A stretch of DNA of 64,000 nt from Candidatus Hydrogenedentota bacterium (lineage in GTDB: Bacteria; Hydrogenedentota; Hydrogenedentia; Hydrogenedentales; SLHB01), in the NCBI GenBank assembly GCA_963674865.2, contig CAXXYE010000003.1:256001-320000 (forward strand), in the 5' to 3' direction. A program made the position numbers and the translations under genes. A model generated the notes under the pieces. It was not told the DNA's origin, searched no databases, and was given only the letters and a program-made list of their open reading frames with translations. This document shows, in pieces, positions 9,083 through 17,630 of this stretch. How positions within the stretch are numbered: the stretch's first letter is position 1; the number at the start of each line of letters is the position of its first letter.

Positions 9083-9189
9083 GAGGCATCCCTCCAGTGA
9101 CGACGCCACCTATCCCGCCGGCGGGCATCGGCATCTTCTGCCACAGGCTTGTGCCATTCCCGCAGGGGATATTGGCCAACATCCGCAGT

Positions 9190-10449
9190 CTATGCCAGTT
9201 GATCAAGATTCTCCATCACCTTGCGGATGGCTTGGGCGATCTTCTCCGCCACCTCCGTGCCGTTGGGCGGCCTGATGGGGGCCACAAGGCACGTGTGCGT
9301 ATCGCAATGGCGGCGCGCCACGGGATATTGCGCGAGGCTATAGTCGACAGGATTGGCGCCGGGGAAAGTCCAGGGATGGCCGCCTCCGTAGGCGTTCTTG
9401 GCCTGAAACACCGTCATCCCCGGCAAGACAAACCGCTGCCAAGCGCCGTTCGGTACGCCCTCGGCGTTGATCGCGCCGACGATCGCGTCGCGTGAGGCCG
9501 CCGCGTTATCCGCGTGGCCCAAGGCCGCTGCATCGAAGCGTATGGTGTGGTTGTACCAGTTGTGCTTGTGGCCGGCCGGCTCGACGGGCAGGATGAGGCC
9601 GGGAATGCCTTGAAGGCGGTCGTTCAGGATGGCCGCGTTCTCTTCGATGCGCTCGAGATAGCCATCGAGTTTGGCAAGCTGGGCGCGCCCGAAAGCGGCC
9701 ACGAGATCGTTGCCGTTGTATTTCCATCCCATGGCGTAGGCATGGTACGCGGGGTCCTGGGCCGGGGCGCGCGTATCGGAGAAGGCCATAATCCACTTGG
9801 CCTTTTCGACGAGTTGCTCGTCATCGGACACGAAGAAGCCGCCCTCGCCTGAGCAGAGGAGCTTGTTCTGATTGCAGCTGAAGCCCGCGCAATGGCCCCA
9901 TGTTCCTGCCCTGCGGCCCTTGTAGGTGGCGCCGTGCGCCTGGCAGCAGTCCTCGATCACCTTCAGGTTGTGTCGCCGCGCCACCTCCATGATTGCGTCC
10001 ATAGCGACACACAGGCCGTGCAGGTGGACGACGAGAATGGCCTTTGTCTCAGGCGTAACGGCTGCCTCGATCTTGTTCACGTCCACGTTCATGGTGTCGA
10101 AGTCGATGTCCACGAACACGGGAATGGCGTCGTTGTGGATGATGCACGTCGCGGAGGACGGCCACGACCATGCGGGAACGATTACCTCGTCGCCCGCGCC
10201 GCAATCGCATGCCGCGACGCACATGTGCAGCGCGGCCGTTCCGGCGTTGGTGGCCACCGCGAACTTGTTGCCGTTCCACGCTGCGAACTCCTGTTCGAAG
10301 GCCTTCAGGTTGTCGCCGAAGACATGTTGATGGCCGTCGAGTGAGGCGACCACCATGCGCCTGTCGGCGTCGTCAATGGGAGGCCAAGGTTGGATGACGC
10401 CTTCGGGGATGGTTCTTTCGCCGCCTTTGACGGCTAATCGTGTGTACAT
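9190..10449 (-). CDS. DegT/DnrJ/EryC1/StrS family PLP aminotransferase
   Basis: NAGTAALH, GDEVIVP, IEDCCQAHG, and SCNQNKLL (PLP lysine) followed by GEGG. Confidence 0.93.
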   Translation of the reverse strand: MYTRLAVKGGERTIPEGVIQPWPPIDDADRRMVVASLDGHQHVFGDNLKAFEQEFAAWNGNKFAVATNAGTAALHMCVAACDCGAGDEVIVPAWSWPSSATCIIHNDAIPVFVDIDFDTMNVDVNKIEAAVTPETKAILVVHLHGLCVAMDAIMEVARRHNLKVIEDCCQAHGATYKGRRAGTWGHCAGFSCNQNKLLCSGEGGFFVSDDEQLVEKAKWIMAFSDTRAPAQDPAYHAYAMGWKYNGNDLVAAFGRAQLAKLDGYLERIEENAAILNDRLQGIPGLILPVEPAGHKHNWYNHTIRFDAAALGHADNAAASRDAIVGAINAEGVPNGAWQRFVLPGMTVFQAKNAYGGGHPWTFPGANPVDYSLAQYPVARRHCDTHTCLVAPIRPPNGTEVAEKIAQAIRKVMENLDQLA

Positions 10450-10509
10450 GGAATGCCTTTCGTGTTCTCGTTGACGCTGAGGGATGCGCTCGGCCGGAGA
10501 GTGTTAACT

Positions 10510-10571
10510 CCGGAAAAGGGGACATGTTCAAAGCGCCGTCTTCGGCGCGACGACGTGTCCCCTTCTTCCGG
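10510..10571. repeat. REP-like palindromic unit
   Basis: CCGGAAAAGGGGACATGT ... ACGTGTCCCCTTCTTCCGG inverted arms with an internal GCGCCG/CGGCGC hairpin. Confidence 0.55.
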
Positions 10572-10696
10572 GCTCTAAGCGCATATCCTATCCTATATGA
10601 TTGACCGTTCTGCGTTTCCCGGCTCGTTCATGTACCTTGATCTCACAATATGCTTGGAAGTATAGATGAAGATAGCTCAGGCTCCGGCAAGAAGAA

Positions 10697-11608
10697 ATGG
10701 CTGAAACGAGCAATTACATATCCGAAACTACCATCATTCCCCGAGACTCCGTTGAGCGCGTGCTGCCCCTTCAATCGCCGGGGGCGGCGCCGCTGCGTTC
10801 AGCGCAGGTCGTGGCGGCGGGATTGAGCGACCTTACGCCGGGCTACGAGATCGTCCGCGACAAGTCGGCGCTGCATGTTCTCGAATACACGTTGGCGGGC
10901 CGGGCGCGTTTCCGGGACTCCGCGGCGGATACCTCGCTCGAATCGGGCATATTGCTCCTTTGCCCCGCCGGGACGCGCTATCGGTACTGGGTCGAGAAAG
11001 GGCATTGGAAGTCCATGTGGTTCTGTCTGAGCAACCATGGGCCGTGGCGCACCTTGGCCGGACAGGCGCCGCAGGTGCGCCCGGCGGGCGTGCCAGACGA
11101 GCTAACGCGCGCCATGGAAGGCTTCCTTGCCGAGAGTCTGCGGCGGGAGCGAGGAGCGGACAGGCTGTCCCGGCTCTTCGCGGAGCAGATCGTCGCCTAC
11201 CTGGAGCGGGAACTCCTTGGCGCGCGTCTGTCTGCGCGGGAACGCTCGATGGCGCGCCACCTTGAAGCGCTGTGGGACGAGGTGAACCGAAGCCTCGATG
11301 GCGACTGGAATGTGGCCGCCCTGGCGGCGCGTCTGAATATGTCGCCCTCGAACTGCCATCGCGTTGTTCTACGCCACGCCGGGCGGAGTCCAAGTCAGAT
11401 GGTGCACGAACTGCGGATGCGACGGGCGCAGGAATGGCTGATCCGCCATGACCTCCCGATCAAGGCCGTCGCGGCGCAACTAGGCTACAGCACGCCCTTC
11501 GCCTTTTCCAAGGCGTTCAAGCGCTATGCCGGCGTGAGTCCGGCGCAGTATGGGAATCAGCATGGCTCCGAGCCGGAAGAGCGGCCGGCCCCGGATGGGG
11601 AGCCGTGA
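10697..11608 (+). CDS. AraC family transcriptional regulator
   Basis: Cupin-like N-terminus; C-terminal IKAVAAQLGYSTPFAFSKAFKRYAGVSP. Divergent from the aminotransferase-sulfatase genes. Confidence 0.93.
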   Translation: MAETSNYISETTIIPRDSVERVLPLQSPGAAPLRSAQVVAAGLSDLTPGYEIVRDKSALHVLEYTLAGRARFRDSAADTSLESGILLLCPAGTRYRYWVEKGHWKSMWFCLSNHGPWRTLAGQAPQVRPAGVPDELTRAMEGFLAESLRRERGADRLSRLFAEQIVAYLERELLGARLSARERSMARHLEALWDEVNRSLDGDWNVAALAARLNMSPSNCHRVVLRHAGRSPSQMVHELRMRRAQEWLIRHDLPIKAVAAQLGYSTPFAFSKAFKRYAGVSPAQYGNQHGSEPEERPAPDGEP

Positions 11609-11662
11609 AGGGAGGATGCCCCGCCATGTCAGAAGGTAAGTTATCTTGCGGCGATTCTGACG

Positions 11663-11865
11663 CCTAGAAGCTATCCCGAAACCCTTTCGGACTGGCGCCG
11701 CGAGACAAGGGCACGTGAGAAGCAACCATTTCCGTCTTTTTCGCGCAAACGGGAATCCAGTGTTTTCGGGCTGTTTCGGCAATGTGTTTCTGGATGCCCG
11801 CGTTTCGCGGGCATGACGTCGCGCGCAGAGGCGAAGCCTAATCCGGTTCTGGGATAGCTTCTAGG
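11663..11865. mobile_element. MITE-like element (~200 bp) with 21-bp imperfect terminal inverted repeats containing CTAG
   Basis: CCTAGAAGCTATCCCGAAACC (11663-11683) vs GGTTCTGGGATAGCTTCTAGG (11845-11865), 19/21 complementary. No transposase inside. Confidence 0.7.
11733..11818. repeat. Inverted pair of CGTC-tagged REP-like palindromes
   Basis: CGTCTTTTTCGCGCAAACGGGAATCCAG (11733-11760, degenerate) and CTGGATGCCCGCGTTTCGCGGGCATGACG (11790-11818). Confidence 0.65.
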
Positions 11866-12030
11866 GACTGGGCCTTTGTCGGGAAACAAGGGGAAACGGT
11901 ACTTTCTTGGTTTTCTTCGCCCTCACATGACGCAGAAGTCAGAGCGGACGCTTGTCTTCCTCGTGATCATCGCGTAGCTCAGGCACGTCATGTTCAATCC
12001 AGGGGCAGTGAAGTTAATTCCTAGCCTAAC

Positions 12031-12684
12031 GTTGGGAGACCCCCCGGCTATGCCGGGGAGGCAGCCGAAGTTTGACAGTTCCAGGAGTCCATCGACGAGA
12101 CTCCTAGGCGTGAGCCGCTCAAGCACACGCAGAGGAGTTCATCGATGGACGATTACCAGAGTCTAAGTCACACGAAATGGGAGTGCAAATACCATGTGGT
12201 ATTCATCCCGAAATGCCGGCGGAAGACGCTGTACAGGGCGCTACGGGAGCACCTGGGTGAGGTGTTTCGGGAACTTGCGTTGAGAAAGGAGAGCCGGGTT
12301 GAGGAAGGGCACCTGATGCCTGACCATGTGCACATGATGCTGACGATTCCCCCGAAATACGCGGTATCGCAGGTGGTGGGCTACCTCAAAGGGAAGAGCG
12401 CGATTCACATTGCTCGGGTCTATAGTGAGCGCAAGCGCAACTTCGTGGGGCAGCACTTCTGGGCACGCGGCTACTTCGTTTCTACCTTGGGCCGAGACGA
12501 GGAGGTGATACGGGACTACATCAGGCGGCAGGAGCAGGAAGACCGCCGCCTGGACCAGATGGATATGCTACGCTGACAGCCACCCGATAAGGGTGGCCCC
12601 AACGCGCGAGCGCGCTAGCGCCCAGCGCAGCCGCTTTGAGCGGCTCACACGGTAAAGCCCCCGGCTCTGCCGGGGGATACTTAC
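12031..12684 (+). mobile_element. IS200/IS605-family element (tnpA only); ends approximate
   Basis: Subterminal hairpins CCCCGGC-TAT-GCCGGGG (12042-12058) and CCCCCGGC-TCT-GCCGGGGG (12658-12676). Ends ...GATACTTAC. No target duplication. Confidence 0.88.
12145..12576 (+). CDS. tnpA: IS200/IS605 Y1 transposase
   Basis: KYHVVFIPK, HUH motif DHVHM, FWARGYFVST, catalytic Tyr in DYIRRQ. Confidence 0.96.
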   Translation: MDDYQSLSHTKWECKYHVVFIPKCRRKTLYRALREHLGEVFRELALRKESRVEEGHLMPDHVHMMLTIPPKYAVSQVVGYLKGKSAIHIARVYSERKRNFVGQHFWARGYFVSTLGRDEEVIRDYIRRQEQEDRRLDQMDMLR

Positions 12685-12693
12685 TCTGTCCCT

Positions 12694-13644
12694 TTATTTC
12701 CCCGGATCGGCCTTGTGCCTTTCCCTGCCTAGGTCAACGCTGGCGAAGTACGGTGTAGCTCTATAGTCTTCGGACCAGATGCCTCGCAGCAACCATATGA
12801 GCCATGGTGCGCTGATCCCCAGCAACATAACCGCACCGATAAGAAGGTGGGTGGGGTCACTTTCCAGGAGTGAAGAGCCTGCGGTTTCGGCAGTCAAGTC
12901 TTCGGCTAAAGCCGTCGCTAAAGAAAGGGCATTTCCGATGACGTGACATGCTATGGGAACTGCGAGGCACTGCGTCCGAAGGTACAGTGCGACCATCACC
13001 AGCCCGAAGGCAAAAGCAGCGGGCTTTGATTGATGATAGGATGCGAAAGTCACCGACGAAAGAATCGCAGCCCACTTCAGATTCCATTTGCTGCTCCAGT
13101 GGGTCAGGAGAATGCCTCGGAACAGCACCTCTTCAGTGACCGGGCCTATGACAACAACCAGGAAACCGGAACCAACATACGCGACGATCATCCAGATGTT
13201 TGTTGACTCGAACGCGCGGTCGAAGTATTGCAGCGCCGAGGACTTCTCAGGTGCAACAAGCTCCCCAGGATGAATGAGTTGTGAAGCGGCGTATGCCTCA
13301 GCGCATACCACCCCAACCTGCAGAATCATGGCAAGGATTAAGTAGGCGGGAAGGAGAGACCACGTCCGTAGCTTAGGCGACTGGCCGGCCATTCGTCGCA
13401 AGTCGCCGCCGGACAAACCTGAGTCAACAGCCAACCACAGCCATACAGGCGTGAACAACATCGCCCAAGAAAAAAACGCCACAATCGGGTATTCGTGGTT
13501 CGCTGGACTCAGGCGACGCAACAAGGCCGGAATACTGAGGGCCAGGAAGTATCCGCCGCCTATCCACAGAACCAGCGACACGAGCGCGTACTGCCCAAGC
13601 GGACTGCCTGGATGCTCGGTCTCTTTGAGTGTGAGGTGAGGCAC
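12694..13644 (-). CDS. CPBP (CAAX/Abi) family intramembrane metalloprotease
   Basis: Multiple TM helices; TEEVLFRG, FASYH and CHVIGN motifs. Confidence 0.85.
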   Translation of the reverse strand: MPHLTLKETEHPGSPLGQYALVSLVLWIGGGYFLALSIPALLRRLSPANHEYPIVAFFSWAMLFTPVWLWLAVDSGLSGGDLRRMAGQSPKLRTWSLLPAYLILAMILQVGVVCAEAYAASQLIHPGELVAPEKSSALQYFDRAFESTNIWMIVAYVGSGFLVVVIGPVTEEVLFRGILLTHWSSKWNLKWAAILSSVTFASYHQSKPAAFAFGLVMVALYLRTQCLAVPIACHVIGNALSLATALAEDLTAETAGSSLLESDPTHLLIGAVMLLGISAPWLIWLLRGIWSEDYRATPYFASVDLGRERHKADPGK

Positions 13645-13859
13645 GTTTAGAAGACCATGCTTCCCTGAGCGGGATGCTGCTTGAAGATCGTGCGTCCCAA
13701 CTTACTCTACCTCGCCACCGGGCCTCGACCCACTGTCCTGAAAGACAGGCTCGACTCGCGGCCTGCAGATTCCACTGTCGCGCCGTATGGTGGCTCGCGA
13801 TCCCGGCTTTGAGAGATACCACCAGAAACTCACTCATAGCCAAACAAGAGGCGCGGCGT

Positions 13860-14510
13860 TCACTCCCTCGGCTGCAATGTCCACTCGCTGCCTGCGAATT
13901 CAACTACCTTCGTTTCACCGTTCTCGACAATCGTTGCGGTGGGTGGACCCGGTTCCCGGAAATGGACCTCTTGCGTCTCGACCCAAGCCGTGTCCATAAG
14001 TATGCAGGCCTGATGCGTTGATAAATCGATCATAGTGTCAAACCTACCATCAGAGTTTAGGTCTTTGTACGTGAATCCTGCTTTGAAGTCGGGGTCTAGC
14101 AGCAAGACAAGGTCAACACGGCCAAATCCCCCCGCGCGGTCATGGTTCGTGAATGCTAAGATGGCGTGCGGGCCAGATGGATTGCCTACATGCACGGCCA
14201 GTGTTTCTGCCACGCCATCGTCGTCCTCGTCCTCGATGTCGTACGTCAAGGCTCTGTCCGTATCACGCCAAGCGAATAGCGTCCACTCCTCAAGACAACC
14301 ATCAGCGTCTGTGTCGAGGCATAGCTCGCTCGCCTTGCTGGGGCCAGGCCATCCGAGCAATTCCTCGTGGGGTGACAACTTCTTGCGCACGACAGGAGCG
14401 TCAGTGGTTACTCCACAGGTTCTGTCTATCAGCGATAAGGTCGCCACGGAGCTGGCGACTGCGACCACTAGGAAAGCGGCTCCTAGCTTCACCCCTGCTC
14501 GGATTGCCAT
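13860..14510 (-). CDS. Hypothetical membrane-anchored/exported protein with DxDxDG Ca-binding-like loops
   Basis: N-terminal hydrophobic segment; DTDADG, DEDDDG and DLNSDG; GGGGAG RBS before MAIRAG. Confidence 0.65.
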   Translation of the reverse strand: MAIRAGVKLGAAFLVVAVASSVATLSLIDRTCGVTTDAPVVRKKLSPHEELLGWPGPSKASELCLDTDADGCLEEWTLFAWRDTDRALTYDIEDEDDDGVAETLAVHVGNPSGPHAILAFTNHDRAGGFGRVDLVLLLDPDFKAGFTYKDLNSDGRFDTMIDLSTHQACILMDTAWVETQEVHFREPGPPTATIVENGETKVVEFAGSEWTLQPRE

Positions 14511-14526
14511 GCTTCGTTCTCCCCTA

Positions 14527-14706
14527 CTATCCCGCAAGCTTGACGCAGAGAGCATATTTCCGTTCGGCCTCCTCGACCTTCTGCCAGAGATCCTTACAGT
14601 AGGTTGAAGTGTCCCCTATGCCGCCACACTCGTTGGTATATTTGAACTCCAACTCCCGTTTCCTCCTAAGTGCCTTCATGCAGGTGAAATCCATGCACGA
14701 TTTGTG
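14527..14706 (-). pseudogene. Headless Cys-rich C-terminal gene fragment
   Basis: Own translation: ...HKSCMDFTCMKALRRKRELEFKYTNECGGIGDTSTYCKDLWQKVEEAERKYALCVKLAG**. No RBS; the frame is closed upstream by a TAA inside the repeat. Confidence 0.4.
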
Positions 14707-15054
14707 GGAATTTCCGGGACAGACTGCGAATTAAGCCCTTGTTTCGGGGGCTGTTGGCAACGCGTTGGGCACTTGGGCTTCCGACCACGCTTATCGCGAC
14801 GCAAGGCGCGGCTGAGAAGGTGCTCAGATTGATCAAGGAAAAGTATCCAGCCGCGGAGCCAACCCGTCTCAGTGTCGCGCCGAATGCGCTGTACGCGGCC
14901 ATCATCCTCCCCTTCGCAGAGCCATGTCCGCCAATCCGATATCACCCCCGGCGGGGGCAACTCCTGCGATAATACACCATCCGCCCGCAACCGGCAATTG
15001 CGTGGCCGCGCAGCCAATGGCCGCCCCAATTCGCAGTCTGTCCCTCTCAATTCC
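14707..15054 (-). mobile_element. Non-autonomous element: 17-bp perfect inverted repeats around the C-terminal remnant of a RAYT-like Y1 transposase
   Basis: GGGACAGACTGCGAATT (14716-14732) / AATTCGCAGTCTGTCCC (15028-15044), each with an outer GGAA. Internal frame NCRLRADGVLSQELPPPGVISDWRTWL...IRRDTETG...LLSRALRRDKRGRKPK resembles, from memory, the tail of REP-associated Y1 transposases. No HUH motif present. Confidence 0.62.
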
Positions 15055-15072
15055 ACCAAGCGGGGTTGCGAT

Positions 15073-15846
15073 TCATTCCACCCGCGGAGCGGGCTGCGCG
15101 GGGATGATGCTCAGGTCTTGTGCGACGGCCATGAGGGCGCCGATGGTGTTCACGAGTGGGAATTCGATGCCGGCGGCGAAGAGTTGGCGCAGCTCGTCGG
15201 GCGAATCCGTGCCGAAATAGTTGATGCGGATGTCCTTTTCTTTCAGGACAGGGGTGAATTCGGCCATTTCCGGCGCGAAAGGGCCGTGAATCTGGATGAA
15301 ATCGCATCCCATGGCGATGGTTTCGTTCACGTAGTCCCATGACGACCCTTGCCGCTCCATATTGCAGATGAGCACGCCGAGCTCGGCCGCCCGGGCCGCA
15401 CTCGCCGCCTCGGAGTTGCAGGCCAAGAAGGCCTGATGGAGGCGGCCTGCATCGGCAACCGCCTGCGCCGCCCGCTCACCGAGTTCCCCGCCGCCTTTAA
15501 GTTCCACGTTGAGCCAGATATTGCGCGGCATCACGGCCAAAGCCTCCTCGAAGGTGGGGACTTGCTCCCCGGCGAACGCGGGGGCCATCCAGCCGCCTGC
15601 GTCCAGCGCTTTGAGCTCGGCCAGCGTCAAATCGGCGACGTTTCCTGTGCCGTTGGTGGTGCGATCCACCGTGGCATCGTGCATGAGAACCATGGCCTTA
15701 TCTCGCGTCAGTTGGAGATCAAACTCGATCATATGCGCGCCCAGGCGAATCGCCTCACGGAATGAAGCAAGGGTGTTTTCCGGATGCGTGGCCATGGCGC
15801 CGCGATGGGCGCATAGGCCGCGCTCGGGCAAGGACATGTGTGTCAT
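15073..15846 (-). CDS. Glycerophosphodiester phosphodiesterase family protein
   Basis: AHRGA, PENTLASF, IEFDLQLTRD, HDATVDRTT and NVELK. ATGA overlap with the upstream gene. Confidence 0.93.
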   Translation of the reverse strand: MTHMSLPERGLCAHRGAMATHPENTLASFREAIRLGAHMIEFDLQLTRDKAMVLMHDATVDRTTNGTGNVADLTLAELKALDAGGWMAPAFAGEQVPTFEEALAVMPRNIWLNVELKGGGELGERAAQAVADAGRLHQAFLACNSEAASAARAAELGVLICNMERQGSSWDYVNETIAMGCDFIQIHGPFAPEMAEFTPVLKEKDIRINYFGTDSPDELRQLFAAGIEFPLVNTIGALMAVAQDLSIIPAQPAPRVE

Positions 15847-16199
15847 TCCGTCTTTTCCTCCGGCGATGCTGCAATCGAATAGAGCCACCAGCGGATCTTC
15901 TGCTCGCGTTTCGAGCGGGCCTGCCGCTCGAAGTAGAGTTTCATCTCCAATCCCTCAGCGGTCTTCACGCGAAACCAGTGTTTCCGAGTGTATTGCTCCC
16001 GGCTTCCGCTGCGGCATGGGCCCGTCTCGCGCCATTGCTCGAGCACCTCGGCGATGGCATGCTCCCGGCCGCGCCATAAAAACCGACGCGGCACACCCGG
16101 CCCGCCCGGCTCGCGGACAAGTGTGTCGATGACCTCCCCGGCGCGTTGAATCGGCTCCGAAATCAGTTTTTCGCGGGGCGATGGTTCCCGGGGCGTCAT
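15843..16199 (-). CDS. Conserved hypothetical protein (DUF6504-like)
   Basis: ISEPI...FLWRG...W...RKHWFRVKT...YFERQ...WWL pattern; ATGA-coupled on both sides. Confidence 0.7.
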   Translation of the reverse strand: MTPREPSPREKLISEPIQRAGEVIDTLVREPGGPGVPRRFLWRGREHAIAEVLEQWRETGPCRSGSREQYTRKHWFRVKTAEGLEMKLYFERQARSKREQKIRWWLYSIAASPEEKTE

Positions 16200-16681
16200 G
16201 GAAGTATTCCCTCCTCCTGGCGCCGCCACGCTCGGGCCATCTGCAAGGCCTCGCGCAGGTGCTCGGTGGTGATGCCGGCGCTCTTGTATATCTTTCCGCC
16301 AGGCGCGTGGACTAGGAGCCGGTGGGCGTTGAACTTGTCGCCGGTGATCCCCTCCTGAAGTCCCGTGACGGCGTCGCGTTGCAGAACCACGGTGCGGCCG
16401 GGGAAATGGTATTCGAGCTGCATGGATGCGCCCCCAAGCTCGATTCGGTAGAAGGAAGTCCAGCAGAGGCCGTAGGCGACGGCACTGACAGCGGCGGCCA
16501 GGGCGCCTCCCAGTAGAACGCCCAAGCTACGTGAGGCGCCCCAATGGCGAAATTGCGGCCGCCGAACGCTCGGATAGGCGCATAATGCGTATACCACGGC
16601 GCCGATGGCGACGCCGATTACCGTGAGAAACCAGAACATGACCGCGGCCCCGGAAACGCTGCCGAAGTCGTAGGATCGCAT
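16196..16681 (-). CDS. Hypothetical membrane protein
   Basis: Two TM helices; GGAGGG RBS; stop overlaps the next start. Confidence 0.65.
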   Translation of the reverse strand: MRSYDFGSVSGAAVMFWFLTVIGVAIGAVVYALCAYPSVRRPQFRHWGASRSLGVLLGGALAAAVSAVAYGLCWTSFYRIELGGASMQLEYHFPGRTVVLQRDAVTGLQEGITGDKFNAHRLLVHAPGGKIYKSAGITTEHLREALQMARAWRRQEEGILP

Positions 16682-16844
16682 GCGATTTGTCCCTCCCGTG
16701 CCAAGGTTCATTGCTTCGGTTATAGCGCTCCGCGGAGGCAGGCTTCAATCGGGGCTTGCCGCCGCTCCCACGCGGCTGCCCGGCGGCTCCGCACATACCT
16801 CGCCCGGGGCGGATTCTGTGCGTCCAAAACCACGAAAATACCTC

Positions 16845-16873
16845 TTGACAAGCCCACGGGAACGGCATAATTT
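16845..16873 (+). promoter_or_regulatory. Putative sigma70 promoter
   Basis: TTGACA at 16845-16850 followed by CATAATTT at 16866-16873. Confidence 0.45.
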
Positions 16874-16967
16874 AGGGAGGCGCAGGGGATGGGCCGGCAT
16901 GGGGCCGCGCTGGGTGGCGGGCTGTGAGAGCAGTGTCGGCCACCTGCTCACTGAGGAGGAAGCTACA

Positions 16968-17630
16968 ATGAAGACGCAACGAATTGGGCTGCTGGTTCTC
17001 ACTGTCTTTACCGCGGCGGCGGTGGCCTGCTGGGCTCCGAACGCGGCGGCGGGCAGGCCAACGATTCCCCCGAGCACGATTGAAACGATCTGGCAGCTCC
17101 AGGCCAAGGGGATCGCCGGTAGCCTTGGCCTGGCCGAGAAAGACGCCGAAGCGCTTGTGGAGGCTTACAAGGCCGCCCGGAAGGCATACCAGGAAGGCGC
17201 CGAGAAGTTGCCCGACGGGGAAGATGTGGACCGTCAAGCACGGCGTGAAGCGATGCAGAAGCTTCGTGACGAAAGTCGGGGAGCGCTTGAAGCCAAACTC
17301 AAGGCCATGTTGAAGGAGGAGCAGGTTCCTCAGGCCATGGCGACCCTGGGCTCCTTCGACCGCAACTGGGATCGCTACGTGTGGCGGATCACCTTCTTCG
17401 AGCTTGATGATGAGCCGCTCGCCCAGGCGGTGGCTTCTATCAATAAATACGTCATTGACGTGAACAAGTTGACGAGGCCCGAGGCCGATGCTGATCGCGA
17501 TGCCTGGCGCGAGAAGCGCGGCGATCTGAAGAAATCGCTCGACAAGGAACTCAAGAAGATTCTCAACAAAGAGCAATACGATCAGTGGCTGCTGCATACG
17601 CGGCCACACGAGCGTGAGCGCGCGGCATAA
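16968..17630 (+). CDS. Exported helical hypothetical protein (two similar halves, Spy/LTXXQ-like)
   Basis: GAGGAGG RBS; signal peptide; repeated DR-A-RE...LK-(M/I)L--EQ units. Confidence 0.7.
   Translation: MKTQRIGLLVLTVFTAAAVACWAPNAAAGRPTIPPSTIETIWQLQAKGIAGSLGLAEKDAEALVEAYKAARKAYQEGAEKLPDGEDVDRQARREAMQKLRDESRGALEAKLKAMLKEEQVPQAMATLGSFDRNWDRYVWRITFFELDDEPLAQAVASINKYVIDVNKLTRPEADADRDAWREKRGDLKKSLDKELKKILNKEQYDQWLLHTRPHERERAA

Noticed and set aside
12024..12033. GCCTAAC/GTTAGGC resembling an integron attC core
   Set aside because: No matching partner core or L boxes, and no integrase in the window; it is simply the IS200 flank.
12577..12684. tnpB or omega-RNA associated with the IS200 element
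   Set aside because: Only about 110 bp separate the tnpA stop from the right end, so there is no tnpB.
16680..16967. N-terminal extensions in track ORFs (16680, 55163, 60812, 61275, 2096)
   Set aside because: Downstream starts have a clear RBS, signal peptide or translational coupling; the extensions overlap other genes or promoters.
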